A stretch of DNA of 64,000 nt from an uncultured Methanosarcinales archaeon (GTDB taxonomy: Archaea; Nanobdellota; Nanobdellia; Woesearchaeales; GW2011-AR15), in assembly GCA_964537195.1 (NCBI GenBank), contig CAZHYZ010000002.1, positions 296 to 64,295 on the forward strand. The letters are read 5' to 3'. Both the position numbers and the translations under genes were made by a program. Positions 47,682 through 57,814 of the stretch are shown piece after piece. Each line of letters opens with the position of its first letter. The stretch's first letter is position 1. The notes below the pieces were generated by a model. The model had not been told where the DNA came from. It saw nothing but the letters and a program-made list of their open reading frames with translations, and did no database searches.

Positions 47682-50600
47682 CCAAACCACTTTCCGAGGC
47701 CTTCTTGTCTCTCTTTTTCCTTTCCTAAGACAGACTCTATTTGTTTTTGTAAAAGTTCTAGGTTCTGCATTAAGTATGGGGAAACTTGATATTTTTTAGC
47801 CAAACTTAAACTGGGCTCTAAATATTTTATTATGCTACCTTCAGATATTGTAAAAATTATTCTTCCTCCACAAACAGTACATTTCCCAACCAAGGGTGGC
47901 CTTCTATATTTTGTGTTGCATTTTACACATCTGAATTGCTGCATTGAGAATTTCCTTAAGTTGCCTTTTATATCTTTCAAAAAATGCTTTTCAATCACTA
48001 ATGAAGCAACTTCTTTTGTGCTTACTGCACTTATTTTTTCCGCCAGTAGCATTTGGCCCTTAAGTTTTTCTTGCATTGTTGGGAGTGTTTTGTATGCTGA
48101 ACAAAGCGAACCTGAGTTCATGTTTTCAACTGGGTGAGTAAATCCCTGGCCGGTGTATTCTTTCGGGGTGTTGAGGACATCGTCTATTTGTTTTATATCT
48201 ACTTCCCAAGGGTATTTATATTCTTGTGCTGCCTCATATAACTCCAAAGGATATTGCCAAACAATATCCATCCCGTGTACTTCATCATCCACTTCACTAG
48301 GTACTAAGGTAGACGTCAAAACAAGAGGAGCATCCATTGTTCTAGATCCTCTCTTGTCGGGCAGATAAGATCTTGAAAAATTTAACAGTGCATCCATCAG
48401 TAAAATCACACACGCTTCGTCTCCATCACAATTTCTCCTCATCGCCGCATGAAATAATGGATGTGCAAACATTCCTTGGGTTTTTGAAAATCCAATTATC
48501 CTCCCAACAGTTCCTGCGCTTGTGTGTGGCGCTAACCCCACCACAAGCTGACCTACCAAATCTTCTGGTAAATTAAGATTATAAAAAGGTGGAAGACCAT
48601 AGAGTATATGAAGAAGATCATCCACATATTTGGTTACTCTAAACAACACAGCATCAGCTGTTTCATCTGTTGATTCCTGAGCAGATGGCAAAACAAGATC
48701 CTGTGGAAATATTTCTATAACTTGGTCTCTCTTTGTTATTTGGTTTCCGTGTATGTCTTTTTCATATCCTAATTCTCTAAGTTTCTCAATTGAAGTTCTA
48801 ATCTCTTTTGGTTTGAAATGTGTTATTGGCATTTCTATCATGTCATATCTTGTTGTTCCGTCTTTGTTGACAAAAACATTGTGTTTTGCTCTAAGTACCC
48901 CTTTAATCATGTGCTCTGGAACATGATCTTTATTACTTGTTCCCCTGACGCCTTTAATCAAATCAGGAAATATCTTTATATTATGTTTGTCTAAAATTTT
49001 TTTGAAAATCTTGTTTATGTCGATTTGTTTTTCTCTGTAATTAAAAACATAATCATGAACACATTTTTTTGGAACTAGACCACACTTTTTACAATAGTAT
49101 GCTTTTCTCGTCCTACTTCCACAATTTTCACAAACAGAAAAAATTGTTTCGTGTTTACATTTATCACAAACAAAAATAGGAAATTCAGCAGTAATCTGGC
49201 CTTCTTCAAGTGCAGACTGTATACTTCTCATGCGTCCGCCTTCTTCACCTACTGGAAATAAAAAATGGGGGCTTCCTGAAAGTTTACGCATTTTTGCTTT
49301 TTCAGGTCTGCCCATTCTTGCTCCAATAAATGTTCCTGCTTTGTCCCTTACTTTAATCGTTAGTATTTTCTCAAGAGATTCTAGAACATCTGAAGATTCT
49401 TCTATTTTGGTTTTTAGATTAGACAGTGTTTGTTGTAAAAAAATCTTATGAATTATGTTTGCATGCCCTTCTTTTATAACTACAAATTCTTTATTAACTA
49501 ATAAATGAGGAAGACCTATCTTTTCTAAAATCTCTTTTTCTTCAGACACCCTCAATATAATTTTTTCAATTCTATCATTTTCTTTTTTTGTGTTTGATTT
49601 CTCCATCCAGATAGCTAATTTGTACAAATCTTCTTTAGTTATGTTAGTCCAAAAATAAGTAAAATAAGGATGCAAGGGAATCTTGAAATTATTTGATATT
49701 TTAAAAGCCAGCCTCGAAGAAATCTTGACTGATAAGGGGTTCCTAAACAAAAGGTGTATGTGGTCTGTTTTGACCCCGAGTAGTTCTGACACTTTATCAA
49801 GATTGATCGTTCCAAACAACTCCACTATTGCTTTTTCAAATTCTTTTATCCACCATTCTTCACAATAACCAACCGGAACAAGACGGTGTCCGTTTTCTGA
49901 AAAATCTCCGTAGTTAAACAAAATGTCTCCCAAAAACAAAATCTCTTCTATATTCTCTTTGTTTATCTTATCGTTGTTCTCTAATCTTATAACTGATCCG
50001 TCTTTTGTCTTTATTATTGGTCCATCAATCGTGTCACAAGAAACAATAGCGGCCGCCTTCCCTGGTCTCTCTAATTTTAATTGGGTTCCTGTTGCAATGA
50101 AATCATCTAAGGCCTCCATGGTTAAAGGACTTATGGCCGCTGCAGCCAACCCAGTTGTCCTTGTTCTACCATACCTCAATCTTAATCCTCCATATCTCAT
50201 TGGAAAACTTAATACTGGCCGGCCTGCTACCAAATCTTTTATATAAGTGTAATTGGGTGATATTTTTGTTTTTGTTTTCTTAATTGTACCCAGAGCCTTT
50301 GCTTGTTTTTGTATCTCTAAAAATTCTGTTAAAAACTCCCATCCTACCCCAAAGGTGTCTCCCCATTTTTTCAATTGTTTATTTAGTTTTAGAGCTTTCT
50401 GTGCTACTCCTTCTGCCAAAACAAGACAGACACCACCTCTAATTCTGTTTGTTTCCACTCTTTCAAGATCTTTGTAATTAGACACTTCAATTTCCTCTGT
50501 AGGGTCTCCATTGATTTCTACTGGAAGGTTTCTCAAAAGAAATTCAACTTCTTTTTCAGAAGGCAAATATTGTAAATTAGTTACGCGTTCGTGATAATCT

Positions 50601-51169
50601 CTTATTTCCGTGCAAATTCTTTTTATCTCTTTTTCTGTTGGATCGTATGGAAAATATCCTGTTTTTTTTCTTACATAATCTGCAATAATAACTGAGACAG
50701 CTTCTGCAGTGCCTCCTGCTGCCCTTATTGGTCCAGCATAAAAAACAGAAAGATATTCTTTCCCGTCTCTCCTCTTTTTAATCCTGAGTTCTATGAACCC
50801 TTCAAGCGGTGCAGAAATGACTCCTAGTGTAATATATGCTAATCCAACCCTTATTCCTGTCTCCAATGCTTTTTGTTTAGTTTTGAACTTACAAAATTTC
50901 TGTTGCGCTACCTCTTCTGCAATTTTAAGTCCCACCCTCCAATCTAAAGAACCATACTGCTTTTCTAATTTGATTATTCTTTCTGCTACCCCTGACTTCA
51001 TTATTTGAGGGGTTGCTGCACTGATTAGGCCTTCAACACGCTGAGCAATACCTTTTGCTAAAGGAATATCAACTCTATTTTCTGGATCAAACCCCTTTTC
51101 ACGAGCAGATTTGGCAATAGCATATTGTTCCTTTATATCTTCATCTATTGCTTGGAAATATTTTTTCAT
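47678..51169 (-). CDS. polC: DNA polymerase II (PolD) large subunit DP2
   Basis: YAGPIRAAGGTA, RLRYGRTR, FIGARMGRPEKA, RRNCDGDE, C-terminal Zn fingers; no intein. Confidence 0.98.
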   Translation of the reverse strand: MKKYFQAIDEDIKEQYAIAKSAREKGFDPENRVDIPLAKGIAQRVEGLISAATPQIMKSGVAERIIKLEKQYGSLDWRVGLKIAEEVAQQKFCKFKTKQKALETGIRVGLAYITLGVISAPLEGFIELRIKKRRDGKEYLSVFYAGPIRAAGGTAEAVSVIIADYVRKKTGYFPYDPTEKEIKRICTEIRDYHERVTNLQYLPSEKEVEFLLRNLPVEINGDPTEEIEVSNYKDLERVETNRIRGGVCLVLAEGVAQKALKLNKQLKKWGDTFGVGWEFLTEFLEIQKQAKALGTIKKTKTKISPNYTYIKDLVAGRPVLSFPMRYGGLRLRYGRTRTTGLAAAAISPLTMEALDDFIATGTQLKLERPGKAAAIVSCDTIDGPIIKTKDGSVIRLENNDKINKENIEEILFLGDILFNYGDFSENGHRLVPVGYCEEWWIKEFEKAIVELFGTINLDKVSELLGVKTDHIHLLFRNPLSVKISSRLAFKISNNFKIPLHPYFTYFWTNITKEDLYKLAIWMEKSNTKKENDRIEKIILRVSEEKEILEKIGLPHLLVNKEFVVIKEGHANIIHKIFLQQTLSNLKTKIEESSDVLESLEKILTIKVRDKAGTFIGARMGRPEKAKMRKLSGSPHFLFPVGEEGGRMRSIQSALEEGQITAEFPIFVCDKCKHETIFSVCENCGSRTRKAYYCKKCGLVPKKCVHDYVFNYREKQIDINKIFKKILDKHNIKIFPDLIKGVRGTSNKDHVPEHMIKGVLRAKHNVFVNKDGTTRYDMIEMPITHFKPKEIRTSIEKLRELGYEKDIHGNQITKRDQVIEIFPQDLVLPSAQESTDETADAVLFRVTKYVDDLLHILYGLPPFYNLNLPEDLVGQLVVGLAPHTSAGTVGRIIGFSKTQGMFAHPLFHAAMRRNCDGDEACVILLMDALLNFSRSYLPDKRGSRTMDAPLVLTSTLVPSEVDDEVHGMDIVWQYPLELYEAAQEYKYPWEVDIKQIDDVLNTPKEYTGQGFTHPVENMNSGSLCSAYKTLPTMQEKLKGQMLLAEKISAVSTKEVASLVIEKHFLKDIKGNLRKFSMQQFRCVKCNTKYRRPPLVGKCTVCGGRIIFTISEGSIIKYLEPSLSLAKKYQVSPYLMQNLELLQKQIESVLGKEKERQEGLGKWFG

Positions 51170-52695
51170 TTTTCGGCAAAATTTAATATTTTTGTCTCTC
51201 TAGTGTGTAAATCCACACATATTGCTCTGCTAGGTTGTGGCTCCAAACCTCTTTTTTCTTGGTATGGTGTTTGACTAATCCAACACGAACAGTTCAACAT
51301 AGAAATGTTTCTATAGTTTTTTACAGAAGTTCTATGAATGTGGCCCGTAACAAAGAAATCAGGAACAGTCTTAATTAATAGTGGGTCGTTCTGGTAACTC
51401 AGTTGATATCTTGTTGAACCGTGTGTAGGTGCTAAATGTCTTTTCTTTAGTAAGTACTCCATTATGTTTTCTGTTTTTTTCAGCCCTCCTTTGAGACGTA
51501 TTGATTCTATATTATTTGCATAAAAAGGAAAAGAATATCCGTGATACATCAAAACATCTAATCCTGAAAAGTCTTCTGTCTCACCTATTTTTATGAAAGA
51601 AGGGCTTGATACAAAATAGAGATTAGGTAAATCTTTTATCTCCTCTATTAGTTCTTCTGGAACCCTTGGCTGTGGTTCTGCTATTCTTACAGGATCGTGA
51701 TTTCCAGGACAGATAATCACACTAATGTTTTGAGGGATTTTTTTAATATATTCGCAAAATTCTTTAAATTGGCCGTAGATGTCTTTAATTTCTAAGTCCT
51801 TTTCATGTCCTGGATAAATTCCTATCCCTTCCACCAAATCTCCAGCTATGAAAAGGTATTTTACCCTTTTCACCAGCTCTCTTTGTTCTGGTGTTCCTGT
51901 TTCTCCCCTTATCCAATTTATGAATTTCTCAAAATCTTTTCTCAAGAAAGCTTTAGAGCCTAGGTGTATGTCACTAATAAAAACCGCCACTTCTTTCAAA
52001 GGAGATTTTTTAAGTTCTTTACTTAAGGGTATTTCAGGAACAATGATTTTGTTGATAAATACAATTCTGTCTCCTTTTGCGCCGACAACACCAATCGTTT
52101 CATCAAGCGTTAAGTTTTTTCCAACGTCTATTAATTCCTTGTTTTTTTTATGAATAAGTGCTTTTGTTGTTCCTGTTTGATCTTCCAGAAGCAACATGAT
52201 ATGGTTGTTTTTTGTTGTTCTCTTTTCTAAAATTAATGCCACAAAACTTACTGTCTCATTATTTTTTGATGTTTTTATTTTTCTTATTGTTCTTGCCCCT
52301 TGTAGTTCTTGTCTTTGAATAAGTGTTTTTTGAAGAGTGAGATATCTGTTATTGTATAAATTAACAAAATCATTTATAGAAATTTTAGAATTGATGTCTT
52401 CGTAAGAATCTATTATTTTTACTTTTTTCTCTGTTATTGGTTTTGGAAGCAGGTCAAATTCCTCTGTTTTTTTCTTCCCTGCCTTTTCTGAATCTACTTT
52501 TTTTTTATCATATTCTCCCCATTTTACCTGTTCTAAATTTTTATTATTTAAATTTCGTAAAGTAGATAAATCAAAGACAACTGGTTTGTTTTTTTTTGTT
52601 TTTAGTAGAAATTCATCTAGATTAAATTCTTTATCAAGTATTTCTGGGCTTATTAATATTCCTTCAACAAGTAATTTCCTTATTTTTTTATTCAT
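51166..52695 (-). CDS. polB: DNA polymerase II (PolD) small subunit DP1
   Basis: OB fold; SDIHLGS, GDLVEGIG, PGNHD, YHG, GHIH phosphodiesterase motifs. Confidence 0.96.
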   Translation of the reverse strand: MNKKIRKLLVEGILISPEILDKEFNLDEFLLKTKKNKPVVFDLSTLRNLNNKNLEQVKWGEYDKKKVDSEKAGKKKTEEFDLLPKPITEKKVKIIDSYEDINSKISINDFVNLYNNRYLTLQKTLIQRQELQGARTIRKIKTSKNNETVSFVALILEKRTTKNNHIMLLLEDQTGTTKALIHKKNKELIDVGKNLTLDETIGVVGAKGDRIVFINKIIVPEIPLSKELKKSPLKEVAVFISDIHLGSKAFLRKDFEKFINWIRGETGTPEQRELVKRVKYLFIAGDLVEGIGIYPGHEKDLEIKDIYGQFKEFCEYIKKIPQNISVIICPGNHDPVRIAEPQPRVPEELIEEIKDLPNLYFVSSPSFIKIGETEDFSGLDVLMYHGYSFPFYANNIESIRLKGGLKKTENIMEYLLKKRHLAPTHGSTRYQLSYQNDPLLIKTVPDFFVTGHIHRTSVKNYRNISMLNCSCWISQTPYQEKRGLEPQPSRAICVDLHTRETKILNFAEK

Positions 52696-53911
52696 TTGAG
52701 GTAATGTTTAATTGGTCTGTAAGAATCACATGTATTTTCTGCTTGATTGTAGTTCCCATGCCTGAACGAATTTCTCTTGTCCTTCCGTATCTCCCCTTAG
52801 AAACCACGGTGGCATTTATAATTCCCAACATATCTAACTCCCCTATTATGTCGGAAATTCTTCGCTGAGTAAGCGGTCTTAGGTCTGTTTTTCTACATAA
52901 TTTTTTATATACTTCATAAACGTCTCCAGTATATATCTTGCTTTTTCCTTTTTCAAATAAATGTAATATGCTATATAATGCTACTTGTGATTGTTTGGGT
53001 TGTGTTTTTACAATCTCTAATATTCTTTCCTTTTCTATTTTTTCTTCTGCATCATCTAAATGGTCCATCCTTACTTTTGATAGGCCTCTTCTTTCTGCTA
53101 TCTCTCCCGCAACCCTTAATAATTCTAATGCTCTTCGTGCATCTCCGTGTTCCCTTGCTGCATATGCCGCACATTTTTGAATGACTCCTTGTTCAATTGC
53201 TTTTTCCTTGAATGCCTTCTCTGATCTATTTAATAATATGTCTTGTATTTGTAGTGCATTATAGGGTGGAAAAACCACTTCTTCTTCGCTCAATGAGCTC
53301 CTAACTCGGGGATCCATCGCATCAGTAAAAACAAGATTATTACTAATCCCTACTAAAGATATTTGTGTCTTATCGTTCTCTGCATTAATTCTTGTTAAAT
53401 TATATATCACTTCATCTCCTGCTTTTTTTATTAGTTGATCTATTTCATCTAATATAATAATTATGTTCTCTTCCTTTGTTTTATCAATCATATCAAAAAA
53501 GATGTTGTAAACTTCGTCTGTAGGAAGACCTGTTGCAGGCACAGAACTTCCCATTTCTTTAATGAGCTGGGCCACCAACCTATATTCTGTGTCTGCTATT
53601 CTCTTCATCTTACAATTTAAGTAGATTATTTTCAAAGATATTTTTCTTTCTCTTGCTATATCTTTTATGTGGTTGGAGACGTGTTTAATGCATAAAGTTT
53701 TTCCTGTTCCTGTTTTTCCATACATAAATAGATTAGAAGGTTTCTCTCTTCTTAATGATGGAGCCAGAATGCTTGCTATATTTTTTATTTGACCATCTCT
53801 ATGTATAACTTCATTAGGAGTATATGATGCTTGTAATGCCTTCTTATTGTTAAAGATAAGATTTTCATCAAGGTATTTTTCAAAAAAACCAGAAAGTCCT
53901 TTTTGTGTCAT
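52688..53911 (-). CDS. cdc6: Orc1/Cdc6 replication initiator
   Basis: GKTGTGKT, ILDEID, FPPYNALQI, GDARRALELL, C-terminal wHTH GRYGRTR. Confidence 0.97.
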   Translation of the reverse strand: MTQKGLSGFFEKYLDENLIFNNKKALQASYTPNEVIHRDGQIKNIASILAPSLRREKPSNLFMYGKTGTGKTLCIKHVSNHIKDIARERKISLKIIYLNCKMKRIADTEYRLVAQLIKEMGSSVPATGLPTDEVYNIFFDMIDKTKEENIIIILDEIDQLIKKAGDEVIYNLTRINAENDKTQISLVGISNNLVFTDAMDPRVRSSLSEEEVVFPPYNALQIQDILLNRSEKAFKEKAIEQGVIQKCAAYAAREHGDARRALELLRVAGEIAERRGLSKVRMDHLDDAEEKIEKERILEIVKTQPKQSQVALYSILHLFEKGKSKIYTGDVYEVYKKLCRKTDLRPLTQRRISDIIGELDMLGIINATVVSKGRYGRTREIRSGMGTTIKQKIHVILTDQLNITSNE

Positions 53912-53970
53912 TTTATCTCCAAATGAAATAGAGGTTTATAAAGATTTGTATACTATAAATAAGTACCCTG

Positions 53971-54151
53971 ACCCCCCTTCACTTCAGATGGAAACTTTTT
54001 TTAATTAAAAAGTTATGTAATAGATTTTCTTTTATTTGTAAATATTAAGTTTTTATCAAAATATTTTCTTTATATTTATTTACAATATAGTAAATAATAA
54101 AACATATCTTTTATTATTTTTATTTATAGGTTCCAATAGAAAAAGAGGGGT
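53971..54151. other. Probable chromosomal replication origin (oriC)
   Basis: Two inverted ORB-like boxes with G-strings (GTTTCCATCTGAAGTGAAGGGGGGT on minus 53995-53971; GTTCCAATAGAAAAAGAGGGGT on plus 54130-54151) flanking a very AT-rich segment, directly upstream of cdc6. Confidence 0.8.
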
Positions 54152-54254
54152 ATGGGTATTGCCATTACTAAATGATAGTAAAAAACAACAAGTTTTAAAT
54201 ATAAGTTGTCTTTGCCTACTCACACTAATTACAAAAATAATAAGGGATGAATAA

Positions 54255-55025
54255 ATGATAGTTGATAAAAAAACACTTTCAAAATTAAAACAATTTGGAT
54301 TGAATTCATATGAAAGCAAGGTCTGGGCAGCACTACTTTCAAGAGGAGTTTCTACAGCAGGAGAATTATCAGACATAGCAAATGTTCCTCGTTCAAGGAG
54401 CTATGATGTTTTAGAATCTTTGGAAAAGAAAGGTTTTGTTATAATGAAGATAGGCAAACCTATAAAATATATTGCAGTACCTCCAACAGAGGCAATAGAA
54501 AGAGTCAAAAAAAGAATTCAAAAAGAAGCAGAAGAGGAAGAAAAGATACTTGAAGAATTAAAAAACAGTGAAGTTCTTGAGGAATTAGTATCATTACATA
54601 CACAAGGAATAGAAACACACGACCCTTCAGAAATTACAGGTAGCATAAAAGGAAGAGACAACATATATGATCATTTAGCGTTCCAAATAAAAACTGCCAA
54701 GGAAAACATAGTCTTTTCTACAACCGAAGAAGGCCTAAAAAGAAAAACAAGCAAATTAACAAGATATTTGAAGAAGGCCAAGGAAAACGGAGTCAAGATC
54801 ACTTTTGCAGCACCCTTGTCTGAAAAAACCAAGAATTACCAGAAAAAAATGGGAGAACATGCAGAACTAATTGATAAAAAAACCACACCATCACGTTTTT
54901 GTATTGTGGACGAAAACAAGATTACATTGATGTTGACAGATGATAAAGAAGTACATCCTAGTTATGATTTGGCAGTTTGGATGCACTCTCCATACTTAGC
55001 AAAAACACTTCTTTCTTCAATTTAA
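54255..55025 (+). CDS. TrmB-family transcriptional regulator
   Basis: FGLNSYESKVWAALL, ANVPRSRSYDVLESLEKKG, IVDENK PLD-like C-terminal domain. Confidence 0.92.
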   Translation: MIVDKKTLSKLKQFGLNSYESKVWAALLSRGVSTAGELSDIANVPRSRSYDVLESLEKKGFVIMKIGKPIKYIAVPPTEAIERVKKRIQKEAEEEEKILEELKNSEVLEELVSLHTQGIETHDPSEITGSIKGRDNIYDHLAFQIKTAKENIVFSTTEEGLKRKTSKLTRYLKKAKENGVKITFAAPLSEKTKNYQKKMGEHAELIDKKTTPSRFCIVDENKITLMLTDDKEVHPSYDLAVWMHSPYLAKTLLSSI

Positions 55026-55091
55026 TAAAACAAAAGGTTTATATAGCAATTTTCTTATTTTTATTCTCAAATAACAAAGAGAGGTGTAAAA

Positions 55092-55307
55092 ATGGCACTA
55101 ACAGACGCAGAACAAATTATTTTGGTCATTATTGTGGGAACCCTCGCAGCTATTGTCTATTCATTGAGGATTCTTGTTTTAATGGAGAGGAGAATGGCAA
55201 GAGTAGACGCCAACATAGAAAAATTAGTTAAATCTGTCTTAAAAGAAGAAAAGAAGATAGAAGAAGAAGAAAAAAAAATCGAGAAAAAGATATTTAATAA
55301 AAAGTAA
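55092..55307 (+). CDS. Small single-TM protein with coiled-coil tail
   Basis: GAGGTG Shine-Dalgarno; hydrophobic helix followed by ERRMARVDANIEKLV. Confidence 0.7.
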   Translation: MALTDAEQIILVIIVGTLAAIVYSLRILVLMERRMARVDANIEKLVKSVLKEEKKIEEEEKKIEKKIFNKK

Positions 55308-55308
55308 A

Positions 55309-56136
55309 ATGGAAAAATACTTGGACCCAAAGGTTCTTAGTTATTATAATCAAGATATTTATGCAAAAACAGCAGCATCTGTTCTATATGATTTTTCTAA
55401 AGAAGGCAGTCTAAAAAAAATAACAGAAGCAAAAGAAATACTCTTAAAAAAACATGTTCATAATGTGGTTGTAAAAAATGCAATATATTTCTTTTTATAT
55501 AAACTAGACCCTACACAATTAGAGAAGAATGCAAGGAAAAAACATCAAGAACTGATTAAAAAATTAAACCAGGCCAACAAGAAGGTAGCAATACACACAG
55601 CAAAAAAAATTAAACCAGGCTCAACAGTCTTTGCACATTCTCTCAATAATCAAGTATTTGAAGCACTCTTAGAAGCTGTAAAATATAAAGAGTTTAGAAT
55701 AAATTTATTAGACCATGAACCTTTTTCTCTTGGTAAATCAGCAGCAAAAAAATTAAAAAAACAAGGAATAACTCTTAATACTTTTCCAGACATATCTTTA
55801 AATCATGCGATACAGGAAGCAGACCTTTGTTTAATAGGAGGGGAGGCAATAATCAAAGAGGGAGCCATTGTAAAACAAGGTTCTAAGATTGTGACAGCCC
55901 AGGCAAAAAAACACCAAATTCCAGTATATGTCTGTGCACATTCTTTAAAGTATGATTTTGAAGGAAGCACAACAATGTTACAACATGAACATAACCACAC
56001 AGACCACCATCACAAAAAAGTTTATGAATTTTTAGATAAAAAAGAATTTTATGCATATGTGTGTGAGTATGGAATTTTTAAACCTCAATACATAGTTAAT
56101 GAAGTCCTTTTTCATAACAAATGGATGATTAGATAG
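55309..56136 (+). CDS. Divergent eIF2B/ribose-1,5-bisphosphate isomerase-family protein
   Basis: IKPGSTVFAHS, FPDISL, ADLCLIGGEAI, KQGS...AKKHQIPVYVC..SLKY. Confidence 0.68.
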   Translation: MEKYLDPKVLSYYNQDIYAKTAASVLYDFSKEGSLKKITEAKEILLKKHVHNVVVKNAIYFFLYKLDPTQLEKNARKKHQELIKKLNQANKKVAIHTAKKIKPGSTVFAHSLNNQVFEALLEAVKYKEFRINLLDHEPFSLGKSAAKKLKKQGITLNTFPDISLNHAIQEADLCLIGGEAIIKEGAIVKQGSKIVTAQAKKHQIPVYVCAHSLKYDFEGSTTMLQHEHNHTDHHHKKVYEFLDKKEFYAYVCEYGIFKPQYIVNEVLFHNKWMIR

Positions 56137-56536
56137 ACATAATAAGATCTTCAAAAGACAACCCAAATTTTTCTGAATTTTTTTCTGCAAAAGCATAACT
56201 AGAAGGTGTTTCTTCTAAATCTTCAGGATTAATAAAAACCCAGTCTCTTCTAAAAAACTTAATTGCTATCCAAGCCTCTGCACCAAAATAACTTGTAAAG
56301 GCAAAGAGTTGTTTTATTTCATCTTTTGGAAAATATTTTTTTTTGCTTTTTGTTGCTTTGACTTCCAATGCCATAACTCTTATTTTATTACTTACAAGGA
56401 GATCTGGAGAAGGATAATGCATCGATCCAGATCCGGCTACCCTAACCGCACCCCATTTTTTTTCCCAAAACATCCTTATTAATTCTCTCTCAGCATTGCT
56501 TCCTTTTGATTTTGACATAATAAAAATATAAATCAC
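56129..56536 (-). CDS. hjc: Holliday junction resolvase Hjc
   Basis: KGSNAEREL, VRVAGSG, PDLL, ALEVK. Confidence 0.93.
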   Translation of the reverse strand: MIYIFIMSKSKGSNAERELIRMFWEKKWGAVRVAGSGSMHYPSPDLLVSNKIRVMALEVKATKSKKKYFPKDEIKQLFAFTSYFGAEAWIAIKFFRRDWVFINPEDLEETPSSYAFAEKNSEKFGLSFEDLIMSI

Positions 56537-56571
56537 AAGGTTTTTATAATTGTTGCTTTCTATATTAACTA

Positions 56572-56778
56572 ATGAAATACAAACTTCCTATTCTTGTAAT
56601 GGAAAAAATATTGAAGAAATCAGGTGCAAAGAGAATCTCTGAAAACTCAAAAAAGGAATTAAGGAAACAGCTTGAGAAAAAGGCTATTGAAACCTCAGAA
56701 AAAGCTAAGCAAGCGGCAGAACATGCAGGAAGAAAAACCGTCAAGGAGGAAGACATAAATTTAGTCCTTGAAAACTAA
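56572..56778 (+). CDS. Archaeal histone
   Basis: LPILVMEKILK.SGAKRIS...AEHAGRKTVKEEDI histone fold. Confidence 0.92.
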   Translation: MKYKLPILVMEKILKKSGAKRISENSKKELRKQLEKKAIETSEKAKQAAEHAGRKTVKEEDINLVLEN

Positions 56779-57665
56779 ATCTTTATTTTCATTAAATCAT
56801 AAGAAGCAATAGAATTTTCAAAAACAGTTTTTGCTTCATTAAGTAATTCTTCTGTTGTTTTATATCGCTGGGAAAAATGTGTTAATACAAGTTTTTTTAC
56901 ATTGTTTTGTGAAGCCATTTGTGCAGCTTGTTTTGCAGTTAAATGTTTGTATTTTTCAGCTTTTTCTATAAGGCTAGAAAGATAAACAGCTTCAGCAATT
57001 AACAAATCAGAATCTTTCGCCAAATCATAAGCAAAATTACAAGGCAATGTGTCCAAAATTATCGCAACTTTTTTTCCTTTCACAAGGTATGTGGCATCTT
57101 TCGGAGAGACTTTTTTTCCTTTCCACACTATTTGTTTGTTGTTTTGGAGCTTTCCAAGCAAAGGTCCCTCAGGAATCCCGATTTTTTTTATATAATCCAC
57201 TTTTATTTTCCTCTTGTCTTTTTCCTTAATTGAATATCCTAATGTAGGGATACTGTGGTTTAATGGAGCACCTACCACAACAACATCATCAAAGGTAAAA
57301 ATTTTCTTTGCTTCAATTTCTTTTATTGAATAAGGAAACCCTATATCAAAAGAAAATGTTTCTAATAATCTCTCTATACTTTTTTTTGTATTTTTTGGAC
57401 CATATATTTCTAGGGAAGAATCATATTCAGATGAACTCATGGTTTGTAAAAGACCAGGTAAACCAAAAACATGGTCTCCGTGCCAATGAGAAATAAAAAT
57501 TTTAGTAATCTTTGTGGGTTTTATTCCGGCAATCTTTAATTGTCTTTGAGTACCTTCACCACAATCAAACAATAGTCCTTCCCCTTTATGAGTTATCAAA
57601 ATAGATTGGTGGTTTCTTTCTTTTGTTGGTACCATACAACTCGTACCTAAAAAAGTTATTTTCAT
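56775..57665 (-). CDS. rnz: Ribonuclease Z
   Basis: FLGTS, FDCGEGTQRQ, ISHWHGDHVFG, exosite GPLLGKL, LTHFSQRY. Confidence 0.97.
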   Translation of the reverse strand: MKITFLGTSCMVPTKERNHQSILITHKGEGLLFDCGEGTQRQLKIAGIKPTKITKIFISHWHGDHVFGLPGLLQTMSSSEYDSSLEIYGPKNTKKSIERLLETFSFDIGFPYSIKEIEAKKIFTFDDVVVVGAPLNHSIPTLGYSIKEKDKRKIKVDYIKKIGIPEGPLLGKLQNNKQIVWKGKKVSPKDATYLVKGKKVAIILDTLPCNFAYDLAKDSDLLIAEAVYLSSLIEKAEKYKHLTAKQAAQMASQNNVKKLVLTHFSQRYKTTEELLNEAKTVFENSIASYDLMKIKI

Positions 57666-57814
57666 ACAGAATCGGAACCCGAATGAGTTTTTATAGATTT
57701 TGCAAAATGTTTTCTATATTGAAAAGAATATTTTTCAATCAAAAAATTAAATATTCATCATATTAAAAATAAAATTTCATAACCTTTTTATAGAATTTCA
57801 AACTTCAGATAAAC

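Noticed and set aside
14609-53911. Inteins in MCM, DP2 or Cdc6
   Set aside because: Lengths are normal, motifs are contiguous, and no intein splice-junction or LAGLIDADG blocks are visible.
54080-54376. 98-aa minus-strand ORF in the origin region
   Set aside because: It has no motif, overlaps the start of trmB and crosses an ORB.
57666-57690. TCGG-AAC-CCGA mini-hairpin upstream of rnz
   Set aside because: A 4-bp stem is too short to separate from chance.
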